A program made the position numbers and the translations under genes. Positions 47,739 through 58,227 of a DNA stretch of 64,000 nt are shown piece by piece. The stretch is from an uncultured Bacilli bacterium (GTDB lineage: Bacteria; Bacillota_I; Bacilli_A; ML615J-28; CAG-313), in the NCBI GenBank assembly GCA_944326155.1, contig CALVCV010000001.1, positions 12,409-76,408 on the forward strand. Reading direction: 5' to 3'. The notes under the pieces were generated by a model that searched no databases, was not told the origin of the DNA, and was given only the letters and a program-made list of their open reading frames with translations. Position 1 is the first letter of the stretch. Each line of letters begins with the position of its first letter.

Positions 47739-48624
47739 GTGGATGTGCTCCTTTATATATTTCCTTTAATTTTTGATTACTTAGATGGGTATAAATTTGG
47801 GTAGTCGAAATATCTTCATGACCTAACATTTCTTGAATCAAACGTAAATCAGTTCCTGCTTCTAAAAGGTGTGTCGCAAAAGAATGACGCAAAGTATGAG
47901 GAGATATTTCTTTATTAATTCCTGCCTCTTTGGCCATTTCTTTTAAAATTATAAAGAAACTTTGTCTTGATAAGGGACCACCTAGATGATTTAAAAAGAC
48001 ATAGCCTTGTTCTTTTGAGGGCACTGCAAGTTTCGGCCTTGATTCAAGTAAATACTGTCTTAAGACTTTGATGGCATAATCATTAACAGGAACAATTCGC
48101 TCTTTATTTCCTTTACCAATAGTTTGAATCATTTTATTGGTGAGGCGCAAATCGACCAATTTCAAATTAACAAGTTCAGAGACTCTAAGACCTGTTGCAT
48201 AAACTAGTTCAATCATCGCTTTATTTCGTAAGTGATAAGGTGTATCATCTGTTAAAATATTCAGTAATTTCATCACTTCATCAACCGACAAAACAGTTGG
48301 CAATTTTTTATCTAACTTTGGTGATGCTAAATTAATAGCAGGATTTGTAGGTGTTCTTCTTTCTAAAAATAAAAATTTATGAAAACTTTTGATAGCGCTA
48401 AGTGCTCTACTACTAGATGTGGCAGAATAACCCAATTTTTTTAAATAGGCTAAATATTTTTTAATATGTTCAATGGTAATATTTTCGGGATTTGTAATTT
48501 GTAACTTATTTTCTAAGTAATACATGTAATTTTCTAAATCACTGAGATAAGATTTTACTGTATTAGTACTTTTCATCTTTTCTGAAACAAGATAATACTG
48601 ATATTCAACTAGTAAATCATTCAT
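47719..48624 (-). CDS. xerD: Tyrosine recombinase XerD
   Basis: C-terminal catalytic block LRHSFATHLLEAGTDLRLIQEMLGHEDISTTQIYTHL (R-H-R-Y). The spoIIM-xerD-deoB context is chromosomal as in B. subtilis ripX, not a mobile-element integrase. Confidence 0.85.
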   Translation of the reverse strand: MNDLLVEYQYYLVSEKMKSTNTVKSYLSDLENYMYYLENKLQITNPENITIEHIKKYLAYLKKLGYSATSSSRALSAIKSFHKFLFLERRTPTNPAINLASPKLDKKLPTVLSVDEVMKLLNILTDDTPYHLRNKAMIELVYATGLRVSELVNLKLVDLRLTNKMIQTIGKGNKERIVPVNDYAIKVLRQYLLESRPKLAVPSKEQGYVFLNHLGGPLSRQSFFIILKEMAKEAGINKEISPHTLRHSFATHLLEAGTDLRLIQEMLGHEDISTTQIYTHLSNQKLKEIYKGAHPHGKNEI

Positions 48625-48625
48625 T

Positions 48626-49159
48626 TTATTGTACCTCCAGAAAGTTCATTTTAAAGCAAGTTAAAATAGCATAGATAACAATTGCAATAGTTATAAAAAC
48701 TAAGATATTAAAATAGTTTTGACCATTTTGTTGTAAACTTTTACGACCAAATATAGAAAACGAAACACTTTTGCTTGCCAAATAGATAAGTAAAGGAATA
48801 AGAAATCCCATTTCTAAAATAGCAAAAGTTACAAAATGTAAAATGCCAAACATGGCACTACTTTTTAAACAAAGTCCAAAAGTAACGCCAATCATAAAAC
48901 TTTTAAAAAAGGTTATAAAATAGGCAAGACAAAAACCGAATGGCAGCATTCCTAAAAACCATAAAACAAAAAAATACCAATAGTTTAATGAAAAAGCATT
49001 CAAAAAAATTTGAACATAACTTTTTTGTGTATCATCTATTTCATAAATGGTTTTTGGTAAGGTATTGGTTGAAAAAACACCAATCAAAAAACCTAGTATA
49101 ATTGTAAAAATAATCGAAATAGTAGTTTTGGAAAAATAAGTTCTATATCTTTTTTTCAT
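48626..49159 (-). CDS. spoIIM: Stage II sporulation protein M-like membrane protein
   Basis: About 178-aa polytopic membrane protein immediately upstream of xerD (B. subtilis order spoIIM-fur-ripX). RBS AAGGGA before ATG 49159. Assignment rests on size, topology and context. Confidence 0.45.
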   Translation of the reverse strand: MKKRYRTYFSKTTISIIFTIILGFLIGVFSTNTLPKTIYEIDDTQKSYVQIFLNAFSLNYWYFFVLWFLGMLPFGFCLAYFITFFKSFMIGVTFGLCLKSSAMFGILHFVTFAILEMGFLIPLLIYLASKSVSFSIFGRKSLQQNGQNYFNILVFITIAIVIYAILTCFKMNFLEVQ

Positions 49160-49221
49160 TGTATCCCTTCTTATATCAATATATGAAAAGATACATTTAA
49201 TCATGAATGTTAATCTCTTAT

Positions 49222-50340
49222 CTAAAAAATCTTAACAAGAATGTGATTGGTAAGATAAAAATGTTTTTGAGGAATATATATATTATCTTCTTTTTGTTTT
49301 AACAAACCTTCATTAAGCAGCTTTTTTATATTTGGAAAAACAACAATTGGATCAAGTGAAAATTTGTTCTTAAACTTCTGAACTGAAATTCCACTAGATT
49401 TTCTTAAACCTAAAATTAGTTCTTCTTTCATTTTTTCATCGTGAGAAATAAACTCGTTTTCATCAAGAACTAGCTTTGTTGAAGCGATTCCGTCTAAATA
49501 TTTACGCATATTAGAAGTATTTTTAAATCGATAACTATTAAAGTAACTACTTGCAGAAGGACCAAGTGCAAGATATTCATCACAATTCCAATATAGAAGA
49601 TTATGCATAGACTCACATCCTTTTATTGCAAAGTTACTAATTTCATAGTGAAAAAAATGATTATTAGTAAGAATATGACACAAATGATGATACATTTTAC
49701 TTTCTTCATTATCCTTAACCAATGTTAATTTATTTTTTTGATAAAGATGATAAAAAATTGTATGTTCTTCTAATATTAAAGAATAGGCTGAAACGTGTGT
49801 AGGTTGAAGTTTTAACAATAAATTTAAATCCAAATCTAGATCTTCCATTGTCTCACCTGGTATCGCATACATTAAGTCAAGATTTATGTTATTCAATTGA
49901 TGGGAGCGAAGTAATGATAATTTTGTAGCAAGTTCATCAAAAGTAATATATCGCTTAATAACATGTTGCAATTTTGGTGAAAAAGTTTGAACACCAATGC
50001 TTACCCTATTTACATGATAGTTTTTCAGTAATAAAACTAACGCTTCGCTTATATCATCTGGATTCAGTTCAACTGTAAACTCTCTTAGTTGTTTCAAATT
50101 AATGTAACTATCTAATTGTTTAAAAATTTTTTCAAGCAAAAATAATGGTAAACACGATGGACTACCTCCTCCAATGTATAAGGTATCGAATGAATATTTA
50201 CTAAGTTTTTTAATTTTCATCTCCTCTAGGAGCGCATTGACAAAAATATTTTTCTTAGCATCACCACTTACATTTTTAAAAAAATCACAATATGGGCAAG
50301 TTTTTTTGCAAAATGGAATATGAATATATAAGCCTAACAT
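49222..50340 (-). CDS. hemW: Radical SAM heme chaperone HemW (HemN-like, oxygen-independent coproporphyrinogen oxidase family)
   Basis: CxxxCxxC motif IPFCKKTCPYCDF. Directly downstream of lepA as in B. subtilis. Start probably Met 50340. Confidence 0.8.
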   Translation of the reverse strand: MLGLYIHIPFCKKTCPYCDFFKNVSGDAKKNIFVNALLEEMKIKKLSKYSFDTLYIGGGSPSCLPLFLLEKIFKQLDSYINLKQLREFTVELNPDDISEALVLLLKNYHVNRVSIGVQTFSPKLQHVIKRYITFDELATKLSLLRSHQLNNINLDLMYAIPGETMEDLDLDLNLLLKLQPTHVSAYSLILEEHTIFYHLYQKNKLTLVKDNEESKMYHHLCHILTNNHFFHYEISNFAIKGCESMHNLLYWNCDEYLALGPSASSYFNSYRFKNTSNMRKYLDGIASTKLVLDENEFISHDEKMKEELILGLRKSSGISVQKFKNKFSLDPIVVFPNIKKLLNEGLLKQKEDNIYIPQKHFYLTNHILVKIF

Positions 50341-50423
50341 ATTATCACCCACTCTAATTATAACACATTTTACCACTTTTGCAAAATAAAAATAGTAGTT
50401 CATAGAATTAATCTCTATCACTA

Positions 50424-52259
50424 CTACTTTTCATCATCTAATTGTAATACTGCAAGAAAGGCTTCTTGAGGAATTTCAACAGAACCTACTTGCTTCATTC
50501 TTTTCTTACCTTCTTTTTGTTTTTCTAAAAGTTTTTTCTTACGAGAGATATCGCCGCCATAACATTTAGCAAGTACATCTTTGCGTAGTGCTGCAACATT
50601 TTCACGTGCAATTATCTTACTATTCACTGCAGCTTGAATAGGAATTTCAAATTGTTGACGAGGAATAAGTCCTCTTAATTTTTGTGTCAACGCTCTACCT
50701 CTACGATAAGCAAAATCCTTATGGACGATGATACTTAACGCATCAATCTTTTCACCATTCAAAAGAATATCAAGTTTGACTAAATTTGATTCTCGATAAT
50801 TAGAAAGCGTATAATCAAGCGAAGCATATCCTCTAGTAGAAGACTTTAAGCGATCAAAAAAATCATATACTATTTCCGAAAGTGGAATATCATATCGTAT
50901 AGATGCCCTTGATTCTTCAATGTAACTTATACCAACAAAACTACCCCTTTTATTTTGGCAAAGTTCCATAATTGGACCAATATATTCAGTTGGTACCATA
51001 ATTGTTGCTTCAACATAAGGTTCTAAAATTTTTTTAATAGTGGTAAAATCAGGTAGTTCACTAGGATTATCAATTTTAATTTCATTACCATTTGTGAGTA
51101 AAACATGATACTCTACACTTGGAGCAGTAGCAATTAAGTCAATCTTAAATTCTCTTTCAATTCGTTCTTGAATTACATCCATATGTAGCAAGCCCAAAAA
51201 GCCAGTTCTAAAACCAAAGCCAAGTGCTTGAGAGGTTTCTGGTTCAAAGACAAGCGAAGCATCATTTAATTTTAATTTCATCAAAGCTTCTTTTAATTCC
51301 TCATATTTATTAGGTTCTACGGGATATAGGCCACAAAATACCATAGAGTTCATTTTACGATAACCTGGTAATGGTTTTGAAGTTGGTGCATTCTCATGTG
51401 TGATAGTGTCACCAACATGAACGGTTTGGACTTCCTTGATACTACAAGCAATCCAGCCAACGTCACCAACTGTCAAAAAAAGTCGATTTTTAGGTTTTGG
51501 AGTATTAACGCCTAATTCAACTACTTCATATATGGCACCTGTTGCCATCATTTTAATTTTATCACCAATACGAATAGTACCATTTATAACTCGAACCGAA
51601 GGAACAACACCTTTGTAACTATCATAATAGGAATCAAAAATCAAAGCTTCAAGAGGTGCAGCAGGATCTCCTTTTGGTGCTGGAATAGTAGATACAATTT
51701 TTTCTAACAATTCGTCAATTCCAATTCCTTCTTTGGCACTTGCCAAAATCGCATCACTTGCGTCAAGACATATAATATCTTCAACTTCTTTTTTTACTTT
51801 CTCTGGGTCAGCAGATGGTAAGTCAATTTTATTAATTAATGTAATAATTTCCAAATTATTGTCAATGGCAAGATAAACATTAGCTAAGGTTTGTGCCTCA
51901 ATGCCTTGTGCAGCATCAACCACTAAGATTGCCCCTTCACATGCAGCCAAACTTCTTGACACTTCATAAGAAAAATCGACATGACCCGGTGTATCAATTA
52001 AATGAAAAATATAACTATGGCCATCTTTCGCAAGATATTCTAATTCTACAGCATTTAATTTGATTGTAATTCCTCTTTCTCTTTCGAGATCCATTGAATC
52101 TAAAAGTTGTTCTTTCATCTCTCTTAGTTCAACAGTTTTTGTTTTTTCCAAAATGCGATCAGCTAATGTACTTTTTCCGTGATCAATGTGAGCAATAATG
52201 GAAAAATTACGAATATATTTTTGTCTTTCTAATAATTCATTAATTTCTTTTGTATCCAT
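50424..52259 (-). CDS. lepA: Elongation factor 4 (LepA)
   Basis: G1 motif [19 protein letters not shown]-domain plus the LepA-specific C-terminal domain. RBS AAGGA before ATG 52259. Confidence 0.95.
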   Translation of the reverse strand: MDTKEINELLERQKYIRNFSIIAHIDHGKSTLADRILEKTKTVELREMKEQLLDSMDLERERGITIKLNAVELEYLAKDGHSYIFHLIDTPGHVDFSYEVSRSLAACEGAILVVDAAQGIEAQTLANVYLAIDNNLEIITLINKIDLPSADPEKVKKEVEDIICLDASDAILASAKEGIGIDELLEKIVSTIPAPKGDPAAPLEALIFDSYYDSYKGVVPSVRVINGTIRIGDKIKMMATGAIYEVVELGVNTPKPKNRLFLTVGDVGWIACSIKEVQTVHVGDTITHENAPTSKPLPGYRKMNSMVFCGLYPVEPNKYEELKEALMKLKLNDASLVFEPETSQALGFGFRTGFLGLLHMDVIQERIEREFKIDLIATAPSVEYHVLLTNGNEIKIDNPSELPDFTTIKKILEPYVEATIMVPTEYIGPIMELCQNKRGSFVGISYIEESRASIRYDIPLSEIVYDFFDRLKSSTRGYASLDYTLSNYRESNLVKLDILLNGEKIDALSIIVHKDFAYRRGRALTQKLRGLIPRQQFEIPIQAAVNSKIIARENVAALRKDVLAKCYGGDISRKKKLLEKQKEGKKRMKQVGSVEIPQEAFLAVLQLDDEK

Positions 52260-52356
52260 TTTTACTATCCTTCTTACAAGCAATTAAATTGATAAATACT
52301 TAATAAATTTTACTTCAATCGCTGTAATACGCAATTTTTTCTACAACAATAGTATT

Positions 52357-52385
52357 ATTATAACGTAATTTAGGACTTTTTGCAA
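52357..52385 (-). promoter_or_regulatory. sigma-A promoter for lepA-hemW (minus strand)
   Basis: Minus strand reads TTGCAA, 17 nt, TATAAT (plus-strand coordinates 52380-85 and 52357-62). Confidence 0.5.
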
Positions 52386-52407
52386 GTAGATAGTTTTTTT
52401 ATCCCTG

Positions 52408-52737
52408 TTATAAAACAAGCTCACTATCACTTAAATCAAAATATTCAGCTTTAATATGATATTTTTTAGCAATTTGTTCAATTAGAAAACCTGCCTTTTG
52501 ATTCCCATATAATATTTTTTTAACAGTCACACTCATCAATAGTTCTTCAATGGGAACTTGAGTATTTGTAAGTAAACCACTAAGTTCTACTTTGGCAAAA
52601 GGGATAATTACATCTACTGGTACCTTAATTGCTTTCACATTACACATCTTATTGATGACAAGCATTTTACTAGAAAAATGATGACTCTTAATAAATTCTT
52701 GCATTTTATAAGTCATATTCCCAATAATTAATTTCAT
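52408..52737 (-). CDS. Hypothetical protein (109 aa)
   Basis: Intact ORF with no recognisable motif; lies between the lepA promoter and nrdG. Confidence 0.4.
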   Translation of the reverse strand: MKLIIGNMTYKMQEFIKSHHFSSKMLVINKMCNVKAIKVPVDVIIPFAKVELSGLLTNTQVPIEELLMSVTVKKILYGNQKAGFLIEQIAKKYHIKAEYFDLSDSELVL

Positions 52738-52813
52738 AAAATCACCCCATAGTAGTTTATGTGAAAAAACAATAAATCGTGCAAATAGAAAAAGTCACAA
52801 AAAATTTGTGACT

Positions 52814-53323
52814 TTAAGATTCAAAATCTTTAATTATAACAGTTCCTTCTTCTAAGGTTTTTTTCATATCAATGACTCTTTGATTTAAACTACCCCGATA
52901 GATAAGTGAAATATCACGAAGCGATTCTACAAAACGACCATCAATTAAATAATCAATGAATGAAAGTATTTGATTAATTTCATTATCATTCATCTTTTCC
53001 AATTCTTCAATTGTGTATCCTGTAAAAACAACAATGTTTTTTTTAGGAAAAATATTTTTAAATGCCAAAATAAGTCGTAAAATCGCGCTTTTTTGCAAAA
53101 AAGGTTCACCCCCACTAATTGTAAGGCCTGTCATATAGGAGTAAGGTTTCATTTCATTAATTAAATCATCTATTTCTCGTAAGGTGCCACCTTTAAAATC
53201 GTGAGTTTCAGGATTATGACAACCTGGGCAATGATGAGGACAGCCTTGTGTAAAAACGACATAGCGGATGCCAGGACCATCTACTATGGATTCATTTATT
53301 GTTCCAGCGATTCTAATTTGCAT
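52814..53323 (-). CDS. nrdG: Anaerobic ribonucleoside-triphosphate reductase activating protein (radical SAM)
   Basis: GPGIRYVVFTQGCPHHCPGCHNPETH matches the NrdG Cys cluster. 11-nt overlap with nrdD. Confidence 0.9.
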   Translation of the reverse strand: MQIRIAGTINESIVDGPGIRYVVFTQGCPHHCPGCHNPETHDFKGGTLREIDDLINEMKPYSYMTGLTISGGEPFLQKSAILRLILAFKNIFPKKNIVVFTGYTIEELEKMNDNEINQILSFIDYLIDGRFVESLRDISLIYRGSLNQRVIDMKKTLEEGTVIIKDFES

Positions 53324-55649
53324 TTGTCGCCTTCATATGTTTTACGCGATCGGTGAGTTCTTCACGTTTTGCGTCATTAAAACGATCAACAGTTCCTACA
53401 AGGTAACCTGTGATACGTCTAATCCTTTCAAATGGAACAGTATCTTCAGTTCTACCACATTTTGGGCAAACGTTATCAATAATACCATTATAGCCACAAA
53501 CACTATCTCGATCTACTGGATGATTGACGGCACCATAACCAACACCTTCTTCTTTCATGCAACGAATAATTGCTTCAAAAGCATCTAAATTTTTCGCAAT
53601 GTCACCATCTACTTCAATATAAGAAATATGACCACCATTAGTTAAAGTGTGATATGGTGCCTCTTTCTTAATTTTATCAAAAACAGAAATATTGTAATAA
53701 ACGGGAATATGGAAAGAGTTTGTATAATATTTATGATTTGTGATACCTTCAATTTCACCAAAAATCTCGCGATCCATTTTAACAAAACGACCAGATAATC
53801 CTTCTGCTGGTGTAGCTATTAGTGAGAAATTAAGTTTGTGTTTCTTTGAATAGGCATCAGTTTTTGCTCTCATATGCCCAATAATATCAAGGCCTAATTT
53901 TTGAGCCTCCTCACTTTCACCATGATGTACACCTATTAAAGCTTTTAATGTTTCAGCAAGTCCGATAAAACCGATTGTAAGAGTACCATGTTTAATTACT
54001 TCAGATATCTTGTCATATGGTTTTAATTTGTCACTATCTAACCAAATCTTTTGCCCCATTAAAAATGGAAAATTATAAACAAATTTATTTTGTTGAATAT
54101 GAAAACGTTCAAGAAGTTGCGCCTCACACAAATCAAGTAAATAATCTAAATTATCAAAGAATTTTTGAATGCGTTCTTTTTTATCTTCTACATTCATTAA
54201 TTTTAAAGCAATTCGTGGTAAATTAATAGAAGTAAAACTTAAATTGCCACGGCCGGTAACAATTTCCTGTGTTGGATCATAGACATTAGCGATAACACGC
54301 GTACGGCACCCCATATAAGCAACTTCAGTTTTATAATCACCAGGTTTATAATATTGCTTATTATATGGCGCATCAATAAAAGAGAAGTTGGGAAATAAAC
54401 GTTTACCAGAACAATACATTGATTTTTTAAATAAATCATAGTTAGGATCCTCAGAGTTATAATTAATACCTTCTTTTACTTTAAAAATTTGAATAGGAAA
54501 AATTGGAGTTTCACCATTGCCAAGTCCTCTGATTGTTGCATCAAGTAAGCAGTGCATTACCATTCTACCTTCATCAGACGTGTCAGTACCATAGTTTAAT
54601 GAGCTGAATGGAACTTGTGCACCTGCACGTGAATGCATGGTATTTAAATTATGAATTAAAGCTTCCATTGCTTGATAAGTAGCATCTTTTGTCTCAGTTA
54701 TGGCAATTTTGAAAGCTTTGTCAAAATTTTTGCCACTAATTGCACCAAATTTTGCGTTTAGTGTTTTATAAATTGCTTCTTTTGATATTTCATCATTCAT
54801 TCTAATTTCTAAATGATTTTCTGCCTCAATTTGGGCAAACATCAATTTGAATTCATCATCATTTATTTCAACATCTTCAAAAGTTAACATTTGTTCAAGG
54901 GCTTTACGTAATTCTTTTTTGTAAGTCTTTCTAACACCTAAGGCCATTGCATAGTCAAAGTTAGGAATACTTTGGCCACCGTGTTGGTCATTTTGGTTTG
55001 CTTGAATAGCAATACATGCAAGCGATGCATAACTTCTAATACCATTGGGTTCTCTTAAAAAACCATCTCCTGTTGAAAAACCACCTTTAAATAAGTCAAT
55101 CAAATCAATTTGGCAACATGTCATTGTTAAAGCATAGAAGTCCAAATCATGAATGTGAATATCACCTTTAATATGGGCATTTGCAATTTCAGGTTTAATT
55201 AAATCATTAAGATAAAATTGTTTTGCAGCCTCACTACCATATTTTAACATCATTCCCATTGGAGTATCCGCATTTATATTGGCATTTTCACGTTTCATAT
55301 CTTCATCTTTAGAATCTTTAAATGTAATATCATATAAAGACTTCATTAAATTGGTTTTACGCTCTCGAACTTTTGTACGTTCTGCTCTATATTTAATAAA
55401 TGCTTTAGCAATTTCAGCTTCGCCCATCTCGATTAATACATTTTCAATGATATTTTGAACTTCTTCAACTGAAACATTTTGGTTATCAAAGTCTGTATTT
55501 ACTTTATCAACTACTTTATTAGTGATAATTTTGCATAAGTTAACATCATCATCTCCACAAGCAAGTTGAGCTTTATAAATAGCATTTTCTATTTTTTGTG
55601 AATCAAACACTCTCTTTCGTCCATCTCGTTTTATTATCTTTTTTACCAT
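53313..55649 (-). CDS. nrdD: Anaerobic ribonucleoside-triphosphate reductase (class III, glycyl radical)
   Basis: N-terminal ATP-cone (VKKIIKRDGRKRVFDSQKI), C-terminal Zn ribbon CPKCG and glycyl-radical motif RITGYLVG. RBS GAGGAGG before ATG 55649 rather than the ORF-track 55745. Confidence 0.9.
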   Translation of the reverse strand: MVKKIIKRDGRKRVFDSQKIENAIYKAQLACGDDDVNLCKIITNKVVDKVNTDFDNQNVSVEEVQNIIENVLIEMGEAEIAKAFIKYRAERTKVRERKTNLMKSLYDITFKDSKDEDMKRENANINADTPMGMMLKYGSEAAKQFYLNDLIKPEIANAHIKGDIHIHDLDFYALTMTCCQIDLIDLFKGGFSTGDGFLREPNGIRSYASLACIAIQANQNDQHGGQSIPNFDYAMALGVRKTYKKELRKALEQMLTFEDVEINDDEFKLMFAQIEAENHLEIRMNDEISKEAIYKTLNAKFGAISGKNFDKAFKIAITETKDATYQAMEALIHNLNTMHSRAGAQVPFSSLNYGTDTSDEGRMVMHCLLDATIRGLGNGETPIFPIQIFKVKEGINYNSEDPNYDLFKKSMYCSGKRLFPNFSFIDAPYNKQYYKPGDYKTEVAYMGCRTRVIANVYDPTQEIVTGRGNLSFTSINLPRIALKLMNVEDKKERIQKFFDNLDYLLDLCEAQLLERFHIQQNKFVYNFPFLMGQKIWLDSDKLKPYDKISEVIKHGTLTIGFIGLAETLKALIGVHHGESEEAQKLGLDIIGHMRAKTDAYSKKHKLNFSLIATPAEGLSGRFVKMDREIFGEIEGITNHKYYTNSFHIPVYYNISVFDKIKKEAPYHTLTNGGHISYIEVDGDIAKNLDAFEAIIRCMKEEGVGYGAVNHPVDRDSVCGYNGIIDNVCPKCGRTEDTVPFERIRRITGYLVGTVDRFNDAKREELTDRVKHMKATNAN

Positions 55650-55891
55650 AAAAGCCCTCCTCAAGTTCATTATTTTTTTATATTCAAAATTCGCTAAATT
55701 TTGCGAATGTGATACGATTATATACCAATTAAATGGTTTGCGCAAGCAATTCGTTAATAAAATTTTAATCTTTAATTTTAATCATTTTCATGAAAATTAT
55801 GATATAAAAAAGAAAAAAATTTGCAAAAAAAAAATTAATATTTTTCTTGCAAATTTTTTTAGTTTATGTTAATTTAAACTAGGGTGAAAAT

Positions 55892-56401
55892 ATGCCATAT
55901 ATTATTATTTTAATCGTTTTAGTCATTATATGTATTACCATCTTTAAATCTTTTCAGCCAATGTTAAAAGCAAAAGAACTTTATAAACAACTCTTAGGAT
56001 ACCTTGATAAAAATAATTTAAAGTATCAAGTTAAAGGGACTAAAAACGACATTTTTGACGTAAAGATTGAAATAAATAAAAAAACATATTATTTAAAATT
56101 TTTGATTATACCATCATATAGTGAAATTCAAATTAACAATAAAACAACTTGGGAATTAAAATATGGTGCCAAAGATCATCCTGGAAGAGTTCAACCCCAT
56201 AGAAGATACTTAGGAGAACTTTCATCTTTCTTAGGAGCCGTTTTCGAAGATGATGCCATCAAATTTGTTGTCGTATCACCTAAGCCTAAAAAAGTTGTTA
56301 AATATATTAATGAATCTGAAATCATTTTTGTCAATTTTGCAACTGATTTATATGGAACAAAAATTATAACAAGTGCCAACTTTAGCGTATTTAAAAAATA
56401 A
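55892..56401 (+). CDS. Hypothetical protein (169 aa), N-terminal TM/signal anchor
   Basis: Lone plus-strand gene inside a minus-strand block. No motif recognised. Confidence 0.45.
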   Translation: MPYIIILIVLVIICITIFKSFQPMLKAKELYKQLLGYLDKNNLKYQVKGTKNDIFDVKIEINKKTYYLKFLIIPSYSEIQINNKTTWELKYGAKDHPGRVQPHRRYLGELSSFLGAVFEDDAIKFVVVSPKPKKVVKYINESEIIFVNFATDLYGTKIITSANFSVFKK

Positions 56402-56440
56402 AACTTATATCTTTTTATGATATAAGTTTATTTTTTTTTT
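56401..56440. terminator. Bidirectional terminator between the 169-aa ORF (+) and proS (-)
   Basis: Stem aaacttatatc / gatataagttt, 7-nt loop, then T11; A-run on the other side. Confidence 0.7.
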
Positions 56441-58151
56441 ACAAACATTTATCAATCTCTTTTTTCACAAAATTCATAGCATCATCGTATGAGTAATTTA
56501 TGTTTTCAAGTGTACGGCGAGGTTTTACTTCACAAATTTTTTCAGAAGCTTTTCTACCTATTGTAATGATAAATGGAATGCCTATTAATTCCCAGTCTTT
56601 GAATTTATAACCAACCTTTGCATCACGATCATCTAAGATGACTTCAATTCCCTGATTTTGAAGTTGTTCATAAAGATAATCAGCACCCTCTTTAATTGAT
56701 TCATCTTCATAATTTACAGGTACAATAACAACATGATATGGTGCGACATTGATAGGCCAAATAATACCATGCTCATCATAATTTTGTTCGATAATACTTG
56801 ACATAGTTCTTGTTACTCCAATACCATAGCAACCCATAACAATTGGAATACTATTTCCCTTCTCATCTTGGTAAGTACATTTCAAAGGTTCAGAATATTT
56901 CGTACCAAGCTTAAAGATTTGACCAAGTTCAATTCCTCTTTCTTTTTTAAGTTGGTAACCACATATAGGACACAAATCGCCTTCTGTTACTTGTCTTAAA
57001 TCAAAGACTTCACCGGTATAATCACGTTGAAAATTAACATTCTTCAAATGATAATCAGATTTATTAGCTCCTACAATGATATTATGCATAGCGGCAACTT
57101 CTTCATCTACTAGAATGCGAAGATTTTGTATGCCAACTGGGCCAACAAAACCCTCTACAGAATTAAGTGATAAAATATCCTCATATGTAGCAAGTACTAG
57201 TTCATGTTCAGCAATTTTCAATGCATTGATAACTTTGATTTCATTTACTTCACGATCGCCTCTTACCATTACTAAAACTAGTTCGTTTTGAGCAAGATTA
57301 CGATAAATCATTGATTTAGCAACATCTTTTTTTGTGACGTTTAAAAAAGTACAAACCTCGTCAATAGTTTTTTGATTTGGTGTTTTAACAAGTTCTACTG
57401 TCTTTAATTCTTCATTTGTGCGATATAAATCGACTTTAGCTTTAGCTTTTTCGCCATCTGCTGCATATTTGCATTTTTCACAGTAGATAATATCACTTTC
57501 ACCAGTATCTGACAATGCCATAAATTGGTGCGAACTATCACCACCAATAGCCCCTGTGTCAGCAAGAACAATTTGATAATTAATACCTAGTCTTGTAAAA
57601 ATTTTTTCATATGTTTGATACATAATTTTATAAGATTCATCTAGTCCTTTTTCATCTAAGTCAAAAGAATATGAATCTTTCATAATAAATTCCCTACTTC
57701 TTAATAAGCCAAAACGAGGGCGTAATTCATCACGATATTTAGTTTGAATTTGATATAAATTAATAGGTAAATTTTTTCTAGATTTTATTTCATTTCGTAC
57801 TAAATCGGTAAAGATTTCCTCATGAGTTGGCCCCAAACAAAAATCACGATTGTGACGATCTTTAAATCGCATGAGTTCAGGACCATATTTTTGCCAACGA
57901 CCTGATGCCTCCCAAAGTTCTTTTGGTTGGATAGCGCTAGATAATATTTCAAGTGCTCCTGCTTTATCCATTTCATTACGGATAATATTTTCAATTTTTG
58001 TAAGAGTTCTTAAGCCTAGCGGTAAATAGTTATATACTCCTGCAACTAATTTTCTAATCATTCCTGCTCTAATCAAAAGGATATGACTAGGCACAATTGC
58101 CTCATTCGGTGCCTCTTTTAGAGTAGAAATTAACATTTTAGTAGCTTTCAT
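56439..58151 (-). CDS. proS: Prolyl-tRNA synthetase (bacterial type with INS editing domain)
   Basis: Class II aaRS motifs and the inserted editing domain; about 570 aa. RBS GGAGGT before ATG 58151. No T-box leader (76-nt upstream gap). Confidence 0.9.
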   Translation of the reverse strand: MKATKMLISTLKEAPNEAIVPSHILLIRAGMIRKLVAGVYNYLPLGLRTLTKIENIIRNEMDKAGALEILSSAIQPKELWEASGRWQKYGPELMRFKDRHNRDFCLGPTHEEIFTDLVRNEIKSRKNLPINLYQIQTKYRDELRPRFGLLRSREFIMKDSYSFDLDEKGLDESYKIMYQTYEKIFTRLGINYQIVLADTGAIGGDSSHQFMALSDTGESDIIYCEKCKYAADGEKAKAKVDLYRTNEELKTVELVKTPNQKTIDEVCTFLNVTKKDVAKSMIYRNLAQNELVLVMVRGDREVNEIKVINALKIAEHELVLATYEDILSLNSVEGFVGPVGIQNLRILVDEEVAAMHNIIVGANKSDYHLKNVNFQRDYTGEVFDLRQVTEGDLCPICGYQLKKERGIELGQIFKLGTKYSEPLKCTYQDEKGNSIPIVMGCYGIGVTRTMSSIIEQNYDEHGIIWPINVAPYHVVIVPVNYEDESIKEGADYLYEQLQNQGIEVILDDRDAKVGYKFKDWELIGIPFIITIGRKASEKICEVKPRRTLENINYSYDDAMNFVKKEIDKCL

Positions 58152-58227
58152 AAATTTTACCTCCATAAAACATCATATATTATAGCATATTATGGCACTT
58201 TTTTCAAAAAAAAGGCTGTTACAATTA

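Noticed and set aside
47719-48624. Tyrosine recombinase as a marker of an integrated mobile element
   Set aside because: The motifs and the spoIIM-xerD-deoB context match chromosomal XerD (B. subtilis ripX region). No flanking direct repeats, tRNA target or phage genes.
55650-55891. NrdR box upstream of nrdD
   Set aside because: I could not identify a convincing match to the NrdR consensus by eye. I reported the palindromes that are actually present instead of asserting an NrdR site.
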